The notes beneath the pieces are model-generated. The model worked only from the letters and a program-made list of their open reading frames with translations. It did no database searches and was not told where the DNA came from. 64,000 bases of DNA, taken from the IMG/VR virus record IMGVR_UViG_3300025870_000011, positions 5,780-69,779 of that record; one strand, written 5' to 3'. The stretch comes from a virus. Made by a program: the position numbers and the translations under genes. Shown in pieces: positions 56,001 through 63,998 of this stretch (positions are counted from its first letter, which is position 1; the number at the start of each line of letters is the position of its first letter).

Positions 56001-57872
56001 AGATATTCGCAATCTCAAATTCCAGGTGGCGGAGAGCCAATCTATCAATCTGAAACAAATTATGATGTTGATAAGGGCATCATGGGCGATCATTCAATAC
56101 ATAGCAAAAGGGCGAAAATTACACAGTCTAAAGAGGCTATGCGTTACTATCCACGTGTAAATGTCAAGGCATCCAAAGGCGGTGGAGTGTATTTGGTCGA
56201 TGACGCTTCTGTGTTGCCTCCAACGGGGAAATTATTTGCTTTGGAACATACAGGATCAATCACTTATACTTCGATCTTAGATAACGATGTTACAACTTCT
56301 GGAACAATAACAAATGCAAATGGCGATACTGTTTCTGATTTTACAGGATTGAACTTATACTTCACAGATGTATCTTCATCAACAGGTCTGTTAGTCGATG
56401 CGAGAAGTCCTTTGGTTAAACAAGCCATTGCCCCTACGTTTGTAGATAACGCTGTCATAGCAACGGGAATTCAGAGTCAATCATGGTATCACTACGACGC
56501 TGAATCAAATGAGGTTACAAGAACTTCGCTCAGTTATCGAGGATTATTGCATTATGAGCCATCAGACTTTATTATGGCTCAACAACAACCATTCAACATT
56601 GCCAATGGAAACAATCAGGGGGTTATCAGCAACAAAAACGATCTCGACCAAATCTTTAGCGATGGCAAGGTTATTTCAGTAGATTATTCACCTCCTTATC
56701 TGATTGATTCTAATAACATCAAATGGAGAGTATCAGAAGTTATCCGTGAACGAAAGAAATCGGTTATGGTGTTCAAAGAGATGTCTGGAAAAAACCTTGC
56801 AGATTCAGGGATGGCAGTTGGAGATGTTATCACAGGACAGGCAGGGTATATTGGGCTGAGAACAACAGATGCCGCATTACACCTTCTAAACGATGCAGGA
56901 GGCGATGTAGCAGGTATTACTATTACGCCGTCTAACGCTTTCTACAACAATCAAAGAGATGTTGAAACCTACTTAAACGCACATCCAATGTTGCGCCAGA
57001 TCAATGACCACAGCACAAAGTATGTTTCACGTGATACGAGAGGCTTGAACACAATGGAGGTTCTTCGCAATTTATCACAACTCGATGGTCGTCAAATCAT
57101 AAATGAACGTAATGGGACTATTCTTTTCTCAGACAAAGTATTCAATGAAAAGGATGTTCGCATAGGAATTCAAAATGGTGTTCAATCCGTTGAAGTAAGC
57201 AAATTGTTTGATTCACCAAACGAAATAGTTGTCGTTGGTGATGTGATTGCAGGTAATGAGATTGTATTTATCCGTGTGCGTGATAGTGAGAAGATCAAAC
57301 AGGCATCGGCAGGTGGAGAAGAAGAAGTTGTCAAAACTCTACGGCAACAGATTCCTGGTATTAAGAGCGTGTCAGCAGCACGTAAGTTAGCAAAGACATT
57401 GTTAGCAAGAACAGAAAATGGTGCGCCTATGATCGTCATCAAGGGCTTGATGAATTCAACCTCTATTCGAGCAGGTGATATTATTGATATTAACTTGCCA
57501 ATTCAAGGAGTGATTGGCAAATTCGTGGTCTTTGAATCGAAACACCACTTGCATTCTCTACAATCGGATCTTATTGTAGCCCAATATGAGAAGGGTATCG
57601 AAGGTATCTTGACCGATCTTAAAACTGAAACAATTGATTCAAGCGGCCTTAGTGAAAGTTCAAGCGATAAAGACATCAAAGAAAATCTTTCGATGTCGGC
57701 ATCAGTAAATGTCATTGCGGTTCATAAAATCCGTGTTCGCAACGTCAATGAAACAGGTTTCATCATTGGTGCAAAACACAAAAACGGGCTTGGAAAGATA
57801 GGTGTTCGAGATGGAAATAAAAGGGGATTCCCCATCGGCATGAGCAAGAGCCGTAATTACGTGGTGAAATGA
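50082..57872 (+). CDS. giant tail protein (about 2600 aa) with internal LamG domain and C-terminal hub-like region
   Basis: 'PVLWLKADSL...NGKIAEVIQYDRKLTSAEQQEVESYLARKY'; C-terminal 'NEIVVVGD...IRAGDIIDINLP'. Confidence 0.7.
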   Translation: MADVYSRYLEPAETGSWGATSTGEFKSGIFAMHIAYPDTEYGDTVEDWQSGVNTVDWRQGLTILIRTPLAASSATIAEAKNVIAIDLKQAAIDHGSSDHTYDLGTEEAARFIAAKINSRKIKMQGERDLTKYLRAKYIRQSLPPTYHPYEVSHVSQSGGQTVMEFDLGCAGESFPTEFQSSDFSIKIESSSTSPHIAAGTYEGISFKVTGGSFGGFGGINSNITIDGTPTITGSPAAGDAFTNTFTIIGEPAKHTVALSWETYSPSTNQGYWSAANCGPIVQGMGAIGVHRLVTKPMDGGNMGLPALNYDSRSGITANQHSSNHGYNRFSIEGLNSCLMPNMPPPDRKQTQPSVQGIISLHPNTESDLSSSNRLRIQDLEYGTEVVSSSGRPATVDTIVGGSGYTGSWTGVETTGGTGFGLLVNTTVSTGALTAIAINSKGTGYSINDVINVEGGTGTFRIATVESDGVIELENGDYSKPFTSADTKHYIPSGSNGVHLTKVTHSNIEVKHGLNDSSEKSYARSFRTVSPTNTERVNGLQISNEERVFESIDVIDDLGNKLVLRGGSPFGTIIRDFEVTKGQENKETGEIEIRPSAPSDVIPPNMKIQLPKPEDIPGSIFVRSGHDRVQAWSNQTWGLGGLSPPNPRLAGDAETDSNEASQYETHDRTLVFHCQRILHDKLETIFGLETNSTPGAVPSGTTRLFAAHRMSDHAERGSLLTQTNNGVATGNPIAHHRIRFGRQGHSFVMPLCHRGTPMSMRRQLHRSHGSAYSLMFEAETEYKHFGFGSTNTTNSSTVFELDTIDVMENSAVYATGSFVSDGLPLDELKGMRLYDADGAYTSATHRSIPDYLFAPGQKHTNVEGVAESVGFAETGINGSVTTGGATKLTLQGSTLSANNRFNTASEIMINGFFLNNHLGMGGRPEPIKRVGIDSGGNWFVRGHHEGVIRPRVATELATVPPLLHHDPEMLNMAGAPVSSSVAVPSTAFTKPEIDYQDMALTKARNTGSGGEPDAFLCTWLAEYSHPTFFGTMREHFMTLRYRESGMPRSLNYPSTRGLLLRNFSADGNYGTTGSPATALPFERLYVNQWLQNYGYNGLNAGGHGNVEGLRSASSVLMGHTTRREAHGTIQLYNQNGTARYSRGEGIGDSLNPNVTLAAVKGIDLDSDSEDLNRQFFVLNPYVGIDVSRRLPVRAWGFKTASSSHDMLAGDPTETQNTYAITNSGRFDGGKHDSMEDVPLLDGFVNDTNVIHHERGIHRSVPVGFVTNDFTAEAHPFERNIRQSNDRVKEQDEKMGIGANLGITQHGMLAPDSMAAGAWDYELNDTRPTTLPINNPVLWLKADSLDLKDGESIPKWVDSSPNAFEFIQSSGSRQPTFIKRESAVNNMPVVDCDGNDYLQLPFSEKLNSVEMTLFVVGFADSDDGNIHGLVESRSSTPVARSGFNMYARMDSGNEYQFWAGANAGYVIAVTPNDTAIGGEAAILTGRIFGGNGGGTTATVELYQNGYMEATAGTATGTWYRATGGTYMAGRVPSSYYLNGKIAEVIQYDRKLTSAEQQEVESYLARKYNLPISINVAHTGHKQDYDNIPINKGTDPFIDLVQRSGSPTYAQQDSVGAMITASDSNSRFGHGSDFYHLRGNALHTNVHAINETKGQLAYPPSGHSKVITTGASKRINDILPDVLNEISDTRQIQARTEPRLGLIMEVESERNSNKNVDYAVTGTRSTSLHTDLMLGHHFPVLPSHTIKTHFPNNGFTVDGTGSASVAPDYSVKPTWSPDSNGNKGAVHVSLTDTTQNTFKTHALDHWAVRGVSELPAWGGVYILRKTYLNRNDEDEGVLNTEVNEGETRPTTSHPRRKYVDYIVRPVRPLKLFGFASDLLQDGWVLGARSSMTASLYNSHSFDRDKRYGVFEMNYSRGENQTEHISSAGSAFTIDYPDANEYDVTWHLIPTANMLQFAKSDAHRFDSEGNFNAEIEARYSQSQIPGGGEPIYQSETNYDVDKGIMGDHSIHSKRAKITQSKEAMRYYPRVNVKASKGGGVYLVDDASVLPPTGKLFALEHTGSITYTSILDNDVTTSGTITNANGDTVSDFTGLNLYFTDVSSSTGLLVDARSPLVKQAIAPTFVDNAVIATGIQSQSWYHYDAESNEVTRTSLSYRGLLHYEPSDFIMAQQQPFNIANGNNQGVISNKNDLDQIFSDGKVISVDYSPPYLIDSNNIKWRVSEVIRERKKSVMVFKEMSGKNLADSGMAVGDVITGQAGYIGLRTTDAALHLLNDAGGDVAGITITPSNAFYNNQRDVETYLNAHPMLRQINDHSTKYVSRDTRGLNTMEVLRNLSQLDGRQIINERNGTILFSDKVFNEKDVRIGIQNGVQSVEVSKLFDSPNEIVVVGDVIAGNEIVFIRVRDSEKIKQASAGGEEEVVKTLRQQIPGIKSVSAARKLAKTLLARTENGAPMIVIKGLMNSTSIRAGDIIDINLPIQGVIGKFVVFESKHHLHSLQSDLIVAQYEKGIEGILTDLKTETIDSSGLSESSSDKDIKENLSMSASVNVIAVHKIRVRNVNETGFIIGAKHKNGLGKIGVRDGNKRGFPIGMSKSRNYVVK

Positions 57873-57881
57873 GGAATAATT

Positions 57882-58223
57882 ATGCCAGTTCTTGACCCCT
57901 TGAAAGCCGCTTTAACCGACCACCTGCAAACGCTCATCAAAAAGTGTTCACTTGGATCGGGTGCAAATGACGCATCCAGTAGAGATGGGGGCGCAGGTAA
58001 TATCAAGATGAGCAAAGAAACTCTGATTCAAAGAATTGATGATCGCACTATCTCTGTGAGCGCACTATTCGACACTCAATTGTCAAGTGAACAGGCTATT
58101 ACAGAGATTGTTCTTCATGGGACCAACCCTCTTGATTCCCCCAGTTTTAGGGCTACATTTATGCCGATCAGCAAGAACGGAACTAACGAAGTCCGTGTGG
58201 ATATTTTGATGGAGGTTCGATAA
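57882..58223 (+). CDS. small tail/baseplate-associated protein
   Basis: 'LGSG...ITEIVLH...RATFMPISK' pattern seen in small tail-fibre-linked proteins. Confidence 0.5.
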   Translation: MPVLDPLKAALTDHLQTLIKKCSLGSGANDASSRDGGAGNIKMSKETLIQRIDDRTISVSALFDTQLSSEQAITEIVLHGTNPLDSPSFRATFMPISKNGTNEVRVDILMEVR

Positions 58224-58224
58224 A

Positions 58225-58812
58225 ATGAGTAAAACATTTTCAAAGCCACAGGGCGTTGGTGGAAAACCAACGGTGGCCAAGAGCATGGATGTTGATCCAA
58301 GAGATGACATTTTGCGAAGAAAAGTGTTGGAATTCATTTTAGAAAGAATGAAATCAACGCAGGAAAGAACAGGAGATGGTTCGAGTTGGGATAAATATGT
58401 TCAATTAGTTCTGATTGCTCAACCAGAACAGTTGTTGCAGTTGTTAGAAACAATGGAAAGTCATGAAAATGAAGAGATAAAATCTATCGCCAGATCTATT
58501 CGTGAGGAATATGAGTCTTTATCAGAAGATTATGTAAATATGTTTGAGGGGTCTGATTTTACCGCATCATCGGATCCATTTGAAGCCACATGGGATTCAA
58601 TCGCCAAAGGTCGCTTTCACGGCTACACTCGATCCACTATAAGCGATAGGCCATATAGACAGGCAGATCATCGCGTATGGGACATTTCACGTAAGGTAAA
58701 GCGTGAAAGAACAAAACGACGATACAAGCGTAACAAGAGCAGAGGGACAATTAGACCTGCCATGCGTCGTCAATTAGGAGCAGGGGGCAAAAGAGCCTCT
58801 ACAAAACGATGA
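58225..58812 (+). CDS. protein with internal tag FEATWDSIAK followed by an Arg-rich peptide
   Basis: Tag at 58576-58611, then GRFHGY...RKVKRERTKRRYKRNKSR. Confidence 0.6.
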   Translation: MSKTFSKPQGVGGKPTVAKSMDVDPRDDILRRKVLEFILERMKSTQERTGDGSSWDKYVQLVLIAQPEQLLQLLETMESHENEEIKSIARSIREEYESLSEDYVNMFEGSDFTASSDPFEATWDSIAKGRFHGYTRSTISDRPYRQADHRVWDISRKVKRERTKRRYKRNKSRGTIRPAMRRQLGAGGKRASTKR

Positions 58813-58817
58813 GATGA

Positions 58818-59057
58818 TCAACTTAAAGGATTTTCAATTACACGATCACCCAAAGTCCATCGAAGTGTTTTGACTACACCTTCCAATGCCTTTTTATTTC
58901 GAGCGCATTCTTTCATGGTTTCTTTATCTCCTAATTCTTTGGCTTCATGAAATTTAATAATCCAGTCATTTTGCTTTTTCTCAGCACGAACCAACATGGT
59001 TTCGATTTGAACCCATGAACGATCATAGGAAAAGTTTTCTCGCTGGATATGCAGCAT
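58818..59057 (-). CDS. small helical hypothetical protein
   Basis: 79 aa, convergent with the + strand block. Confidence 0.55.
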   Translation of the reverse strand: MLHIQRENFSYDRSWVQIETMLVRAEKKQNDWIIKFHEAKELGDKETMKECARNKKALEGVVKTLRWTLGDRVIENPLS

Positions 59058-59083
59058 GAATTAGGCGCACAGTTTCGTGTATA

Positions 59084-60232
59084 TCAAATATGCTGTGCAT
59101 GAGTATAGGTCACTACGGCAAATGCAGCAGTACGCATAGCGGGTCCAGGAAAAGAGGCAGGATCATTGAGCGTTACTTGACTTGCATTTAATGTAAAGTG
59201 AATTGTTTCTCTCAAAGTTCCCAAGTGATCATTCACCGCATCGTAAACATCAATGTTAATCAAAGAAGTCACTCCATCATCTTCGCTCAACAACGGCTTG
59301 AATCTGATGCCACCTGGAGGGGCGAGTCCAAAAATCAAAGGTGTTGGTCCTGTATATGGGATAGCCCCAGTTTTTGAGGTTCTGTGAACTGGAGTGATTT
59401 GATAAGATCCCCCCCCGCCTGTTGTGATTCCTAATCCCTGATCTGATTGATAAAACAGATGTGTCTGCCCTCCGCCTTGAGGGTGATCTACAAAACCACT
59501 TGGATTGCGAGCATACAACACTCCGAGATCGGTGATTGGTAAATCTCCTGCGTTAAAACCTGCGACAAAATCATTTCTGAGGTTTTCTTCATCACCATTG
59601 CTATGTTCGATTGCCGATAGTGCAACAGGACCAGGCCGAATAAACACTCTCTTGTCCTCTATGGCGAGGATAACAGGGGTCGATGCCCCTTTACCTACTC
59701 TCACAGAAGCGAGGACTGTATTCTGCAATACAAGGTGGTTTGAAGGTGATTGTGGATATTCGCCAGTCGAAGTATCAACATATGACCCATAAACAAAACC
59801 TACATTATTTGGTTTTCGAGGATCAATGTAAACGAGCAAAATTGCCTCATCTGAGGGGTTTGTTCCGTTTGGGATTGCCGCACCGTGATAACCAGAGTGA
59901 TAGTTAGTAGTCAATGTAATATCTAAAACAGAAGCCGAGCCAACATTGTAAAACATACCATCCAGTTGAACTACACCTGCATCAACATAGAGTTCTTTGG
60001 TGCTTCCAATCGTCCCGTTTGGTCGAACACAGCAGTTACCACTAACTGGATTGTTTCGATCAGATTCATCATACCGATTCAAAGTAACAGGCAAGACCCC
60101 GTTGCTTAGACCACGTTCTACATTATTAGTCAATGAGGGGCTGGTCAAAACGTCTGAATCACGTAGCCCATCGTTTTGATAAGTCGTTGATGAGGTCTTT
60201 TCATGACCTTCTGCTAAGTTTGTGCTTGGCAC
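59084..60232 (-). CDS. putative virion structural protein (beta-rich)
   Basis: GTG start after GAAGGTGA; 'VDAGVVQLDG...VLASVRV...IEDKRVF' resembles tail-fibre attachment domains. Confidence 0.5.
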   Translation of the reverse strand: MPSTNLAEGHEKTSSTTYQNDGLRDSDVLTSPSLTNNVERGLSNGVLPVTLNRYDESDRNNPVSGNCCVRPNGTIGSTKELYVDAGVVQLDGMFYNVGSASVLDITLTTNYHSGYHGAAIPNGTNPSDEAILLVYIDPRKPNNVGFVYGSYVDTSTGEYPQSPSNHLVLQNTVLASVRVGKGASTPVILAIEDKRVFIRPGPVALSAIEHSNGDEENLRNDFVAGFNAGDLPITDLGVLYARNPSGFVDHPQGGGQTHLFYQSDQGLGITTGGGGSYQITPVHRTSKTGAIPYTGPTPLIFGLAPPGGIRFKPLLSEDDGVTSLINIDVYDAVNDHLGTLRETIHFTLNASQVTLNDPASFPGPAMRTAAFAVVTYTHAQHI

Positions 60233-60258
60233 TAAAATCACCTTCCAATTTCAGACCG

Positions 60259-60696
60259 TCAATATACATTGGAAAATTGTTGTCGGAATTTCCTGTCTTT
60301 TCGAGAAGGGTGGTCCCGATTGATTCTGTTTTCATATTCATTTTCTCTAATTCTTCTTAAAGCCCTTATGTCATCAGATGTAGTTTGCATTGCTTTTGGC
60401 CGCTTCCCAAATAATTTCTCTTGCCCTTTCTCTGGTCCATGTTTGTCTGTACTGTACTCCAATCGAATAGGATTTAGGTATTCTTCGCCTCTGTCCTTTT
60501 GCTTTTGTCTGCCTATCTCATTAAGACGAGTTACTGGAGGCGTAACTTCTGGATTTCCCGAATGATCTTCACCTCTCGATCCAGAGAGGGGCAAGTCCAA
60601 TGCACCAGCAGGATTTCGTTGATATTCCTTTATGCCTTTTTCATTATCGAGTTCTCTTTTTAGTAAAGACCATGTTCTGTGAAATGCATTGCTCAT
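60259..60696 (-). CDS. hypothetical protein with N-terminal tag FHRTWSLLK
   Basis: Starts MSNAFHRTWSLLK|R. Confidence 0.65.
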   Translation of the reverse strand: MSNAFHRTWSLLKRELDNEKGIKEYQRNPAGALDLPLSGSRGEDHSGNPEVTPPVTRLNEIGRQKQKDRGEEYLNPIRLEYSTDKHGPEKGQEKLFGKRPKAMQTTSDDIRALRRIRENEYENRINRDHPSRKDRKFRQQFSNVY

Positions 60697-60698
60697 AA

Positions 60699-61052
60699 TT
60701 ATCGCCCTCTAATCCAACGATCAAGATCTTCCATAGCCTCTTCACGACCCGCATCAATCTCTTCATCAGTTGGTGTGTTACCCCTTTCATCTGATACTGC
60801 ATTGCGAACATAGCCGTTCTGATCTTGGGTTTCAAGAAGTGGCCTCAATGTGGATAGAAATATCTGTTTGCATTCAAATACCATGTTTTCATCCAACAAG
60901 CGTTGTGGTTCAGCAGGTCCGTAGTAAGGCTTATCGCTGAACAATTCATCAATTTTTTTATCTCGTTCATCATCTTTCTTTATCGCATCCCATGTGCGAT
61001 TAAAACTATTTTTGTGTCTATTTTCCATTTTCTTATTGCTCAACAATTCCAC
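60699..61052 (-). CDS. hypothetical protein with near-N-terminal tag FNRTWDAIK
   Basis: KNSFNRTWDAIK|K; start codon uncertain. Confidence 0.6.
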   Translation of the reverse strand: MELLSNKKMENRHKNSFNRTWDAIKKDDERDKKIDELFSDKPYYGPAEPQRLLDENMVFECKQIFLSTLRPLLETQDQNGYVRNAVSDERGNTPTDEEIDAGREEAMEDLDRWIRGR

Positions 61053-61906
61053 CTCTTTAATGATGCTCCTTTTGGAGTTAATTTGCCACCTTTGCTCGTC
61101 GGTCCTTTAACACCGCCCATTCGAGCGCAAAACGACTTTCGACGCTTTGCTTTCTTTGATCCTGGTTTCAACTTGCTTGGCTTTGTTGTTACAGGAGGTT
61201 TGAGATTTGCACCTTCTTCACGCTTGGCCTTTGCTCGACCCTTAGCGTTCAATCCGCCTTTCTTACTGTGTCTGTTTGGATTGTAACCGTGAAACGGTTT
61301 AGATTTTTTTTTACCTGCCTTAAGCAGAACTGCTTTCACTAAAACATTACAGGATGGGCAATTGCATGAAGCAGATTTGTCGATTCCTAAAGGATCGGTT
61401 TCAGAATCGTTTACGGCACGTCTGCCTTTTAATCCTAACATTTCTCGAAGTTCTTTGTGATTCTCACGATTTTCAAGTGCTTCGGTTGGTGATTCGAGGT
61501 CAGGTTCATCTCTTGGACGTACTTCAAAAGAACCTGGACTTCCCATGTGCGTCCATGCTGTGCCTCCTGATTCTTTGCCACCGTAGTAAATTGGATTATC
61601 CACATAATGTTGGCGATGATCGTCTGGAATTTTTCGGCTGTCTCGAATGTAGCCTAAAGGAACGTGTGAGCCTCTTGGAATTGAATTTCCTCTATGATCC
61701 ATCAAATCTCCTTTTCTCCATTTAGCAGATCCTGTATTAACTGCTTGTGTGTTCCCAAATTTAATTTGATCTTGTTCATCTAAACCAGAAACGTCGTATT
61801 TGCCAGTTGGGTTGAGGTGATGTTGTGATAGCATTTGATCGTATGCATCATTAAATCGTTTGTCGCCACTATTAGAAGGGGTTCTTTTCAAAAGTAGATT
61901 GTTCAT
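61040..61906 (-). CDS. modular protein with C-terminal basic DUF6321-like domain
   Basis: After VLLK|A: GGLNAKGRA...NLKPPV...RRKSFCARMGG...LKRWNC, a motif I recall from marine phage proteins. N-terminus MNNLLLK|R. Confidence 0.6.
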   Translation of the reverse strand: MNNLLLKRTPSNSGDKRFNDAYDQMLSQHHLNPTGKYDVSGLDEQDQIKFGNTQAVNTGSAKWRKGDLMDHRGNSIPRGSHVPLGYIRDSRKIPDDHRQHYVDNPIYYGGKESGGTAWTHMGSPGSFEVRPRDEPDLESPTEALENRENHKELREMLGLKGRRAVNDSETDPLGIDKSASCNCPSCNVLVKAVLLKAGKKKSKPFHGYNPNRHSKKGGLNAKGRAKAKREEGANLKPPVTTKPSKLKPGSKKAKRRKSFCARMGGVKGPTSKGGKLTPKGASLKRWNC

Positions 61907-62075
61907 CTAATTTCACCGTTGGGTTTGGCTTTCGCCATATATGTTGGCACACAGGACATTCCCATAAGAAGATTCTGTCTCTACTTCCCGCATAAAAACC
62001 ATTTATTCTAATTGCCAATACATCTGAATTACATTTTTCACAGGTTTGCATAACCCGATCACGATATGCTTTCAT
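61872..62075 (-). CDS. Zn-ribbon protein
   Basis: CEKC...WECPVCQHIW. Confidence 0.65.
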   Translation of the reverse strand: MKAYRDRVMQTCEKCNSDVLAIRINGFYAGSRDRIFLWECPVCQHIWRKPNPTVKLDEQSTFEKNPF

Positions 62076-62704
62076 TCTTCCTCATCCTGTGCAAAAATCT
62101 TAATCTTTTTTCCTTGCTCGTCTTTTACCAATAGAGTCTTGTGTTTCTTTATTCGATAAACCAATTGACCGATCCACTTTGTTTCAGTTTGTAACCTTTT
62201 GATTATGTTTTTGTAAGTCCCATTGAACCAATCGGCAATCATACGCACTCTATGAAATGTAAAAAATTCAGATACAGTAGAAATGTTATCGCACCTGTTC
62301 CAAAATGCTAAATTGAAAAGACTAAATCGCATCCCTGATCTATCATGTGCGAACTTTAAAACGTCAATGTGATCTTTATGCCCTAATTCTTCAAAATAAT
62401 TGCTTAAGATTGGCAAAACAAAACGTTCTAAATCGTAACCTGCCAAAGTAACGCCTTCTATGAAAGAAGGAAAATCTCTCATTGGATGTGGCTTAATCCA
62501 CGCTTTTTGAAGAACGTAGGATTTTGACACGAAATGATCATTGAATGCGTGATAAGTTCCTTCTTTGTAAATTACTATTACATCCAAATCGAATAAAGTC
62601 ATATCTGAATATCCTGTTTGTAAATCAGAAGCATCTGTTGTAGAAAATATCGTCACAGGCACTATGCTGTTATCTTCTAAAAGAATACTCGCCTTTTTCT
62701 TCAT
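62072..62704 (-). CDS. degenerate RNase H-like/DEDD exonuclease-fold protein
   Basis: 'TLAGYDLERFVLPIL...HIDVL...RFSLFNLA' parallels the GxNxxxFDxxxL...HIDL...SLxxLA pattern but lacks the catalytic acids. Confidence 0.45.
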   Translation of the reverse strand: MKKKASILLEDNSIVPVTIFSTTDASDLQTGYSDMTLFDLDVIVIYKEGTYHAFNDHFVSKSYVLQKAWIKPHPMRDFPSFIEGVTLAGYDLERFVLPILSNYFEELGHKDHIDVLKFAHDRSGMRFSLFNLAFWNRCDNISTVSEFFTFHRVRMIADWFNGTYKNIIKRLQTETKWIGQLVYRIKKHKTLLVKDEQGKKIKIFAQDEEE

Positions 62705-62708
62705 AGAA

Positions 62709-63998
62709 TCACCAATTGAATGCAATGAATGCGTTCCGTCCATCCATCAGTCTCTCAGCATCAGGAGATTCAGTTAATTTCTTCAAACGCCTTTCTGCCG
62801 TTTTCTTGCTAACTCCTTGATTGATTGCATAGATGTTTTCTAACTCTTTCTTAGAAACGCATTCTCTCTTGGATCGGGAATGAGCCAGTTTCTTACACTT
62901 CCCGTATGATAGTTTCCACTCATGGAGTTGAGCATCACGTTTCTTCTTTGCTTGGAAATCCTGCTTCTGTTCGAGCCAAATAACGAGGTTGTGTAGATTG
63001 TCATAGATAATCTCAGTCGCCATCATAATATGATCTGCTGTGATGACGGAAGAACCCATCAATGTTGCTATGATGTTTCCAAAGGTGATCGTATAATTTT
63101 CAATGTTGGGGATGAAAGATGTCGCCGTTTCACGTATATTGGCATCATGTATCGCATTCACCAATTCATAATAGTCGGTGGTTGCATTAAGTAAAGCAGC
63201 ATGGTATGATTCATCAATCGTAAAGATGTCATAACAATGTAAGTTTGCCACCTGATCTCTTTCAAAATCAGTCATCTCTTCCCATTGCTCACTGGTTAGT
63301 CCTGCCGCCTTTAACAATCGATCTTTTACTTCATTGCGCTTTTCCAGTATAAATTCAGCAAGAGCGTTATACCCCCATACTTTCTCAGGAACAGGAACAT
63401 AAGTTCCTTGAAGTCTGTGTTCGCTTGTAGTTTGCCGTAGTTCCTGGCTTACATCATTTTGGTATAGAAATACACGTTGAAAGAATCCTTTCTCTAAGAC
63501 GTGGTGCATGATGTCCTTCGGAGGGAAAGTAGTAGCCCATATAGACACTCCAGATACCACCTGGATGTCTGCACCTTTCAATACCTTTGCTAAGTTATTT
63601 GTTGCGGAACCGATAGAAGCCATTGCTTCTTGAAGATACAATATCTTTTCAGAAAAGTATGATTTCTTATCGTCTAAAAGAACACTCGCTTCGTCAAACA
63701 GCAAAGATTTGTAACCGTTCAACAAACCTTTGGTAACTACATAATTCATCTTGCCAGTAGGCTTTCCATCTTCATCATATTCAGGTTCTTGATCGACGTG
63801 ACCAAGAAGCCCTGCATCTGATCCAGTTGTAAATTTCGCTGCTTCAACACCACAGGCATCTAACAATTGCTTTGTGAATTCATATGCTGCTGATTTACCT
63901 GTCCTCGATTGTTGAATCCAATACACGTGAACTCTTGTGTCAAGGTGTGTTCCATGAATAGGGACTCGAACATAAGGGGCTATGACTTGCCCTACTAC
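62709..63998 (-). CDS. MCM-like AAA+ ATPase/helicase (5' end outside window)
   Basis: Walker A SRTGKS, 'GSDAGLLG', 'KGLL...LLFDEAS', 'GFFQRV'; the frame is open to the window edge. Confidence 0.7.
   Translation of the reverse strand, partial: VVGQVIAPYVRVPIHGTHLDTRVHVYWIQQSRTGKSAAYEFTKQLLDACGVEAAKFTTGSDAGLLGHVDQEPEYDEDGKPTGKMNYVVTKGLLNGYKSLLFDEASVLLDDKKSYFSEKILYLQEAMASIGSATNNLAKVLKGADIQVVSGVSIWATTFPPKDIMHHVLEKGFFQRVFLYQNDVSQELRQTTSEHRLQGTYVPVPEKVWGYNALAEFILEKRNEVKDRLLKAAGLTSEQWEEMTDFERDQVANLHCYDIFTIDESYHAALLNATTDYYELVNAIHDANIRETATSFIPNIENYTITFGNIIATLMGSSVITADHIMMATEIIYDNLHNLVIWLEQKQDFQAKKKRDAQLHEWKLSYGKCKKLAHSRSKRECVSKKELENIYAINQGVSKKTAERRLKKLTESPDAERLMDGRNAFIAFNW

Noticed and set aside
42629-57872. 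Diversity-generating retroelement or inteins in the giant tail genes
   Set aside because: No reverse transcriptase, no TR/VR repeat pair and no intein splice motifs noticed.
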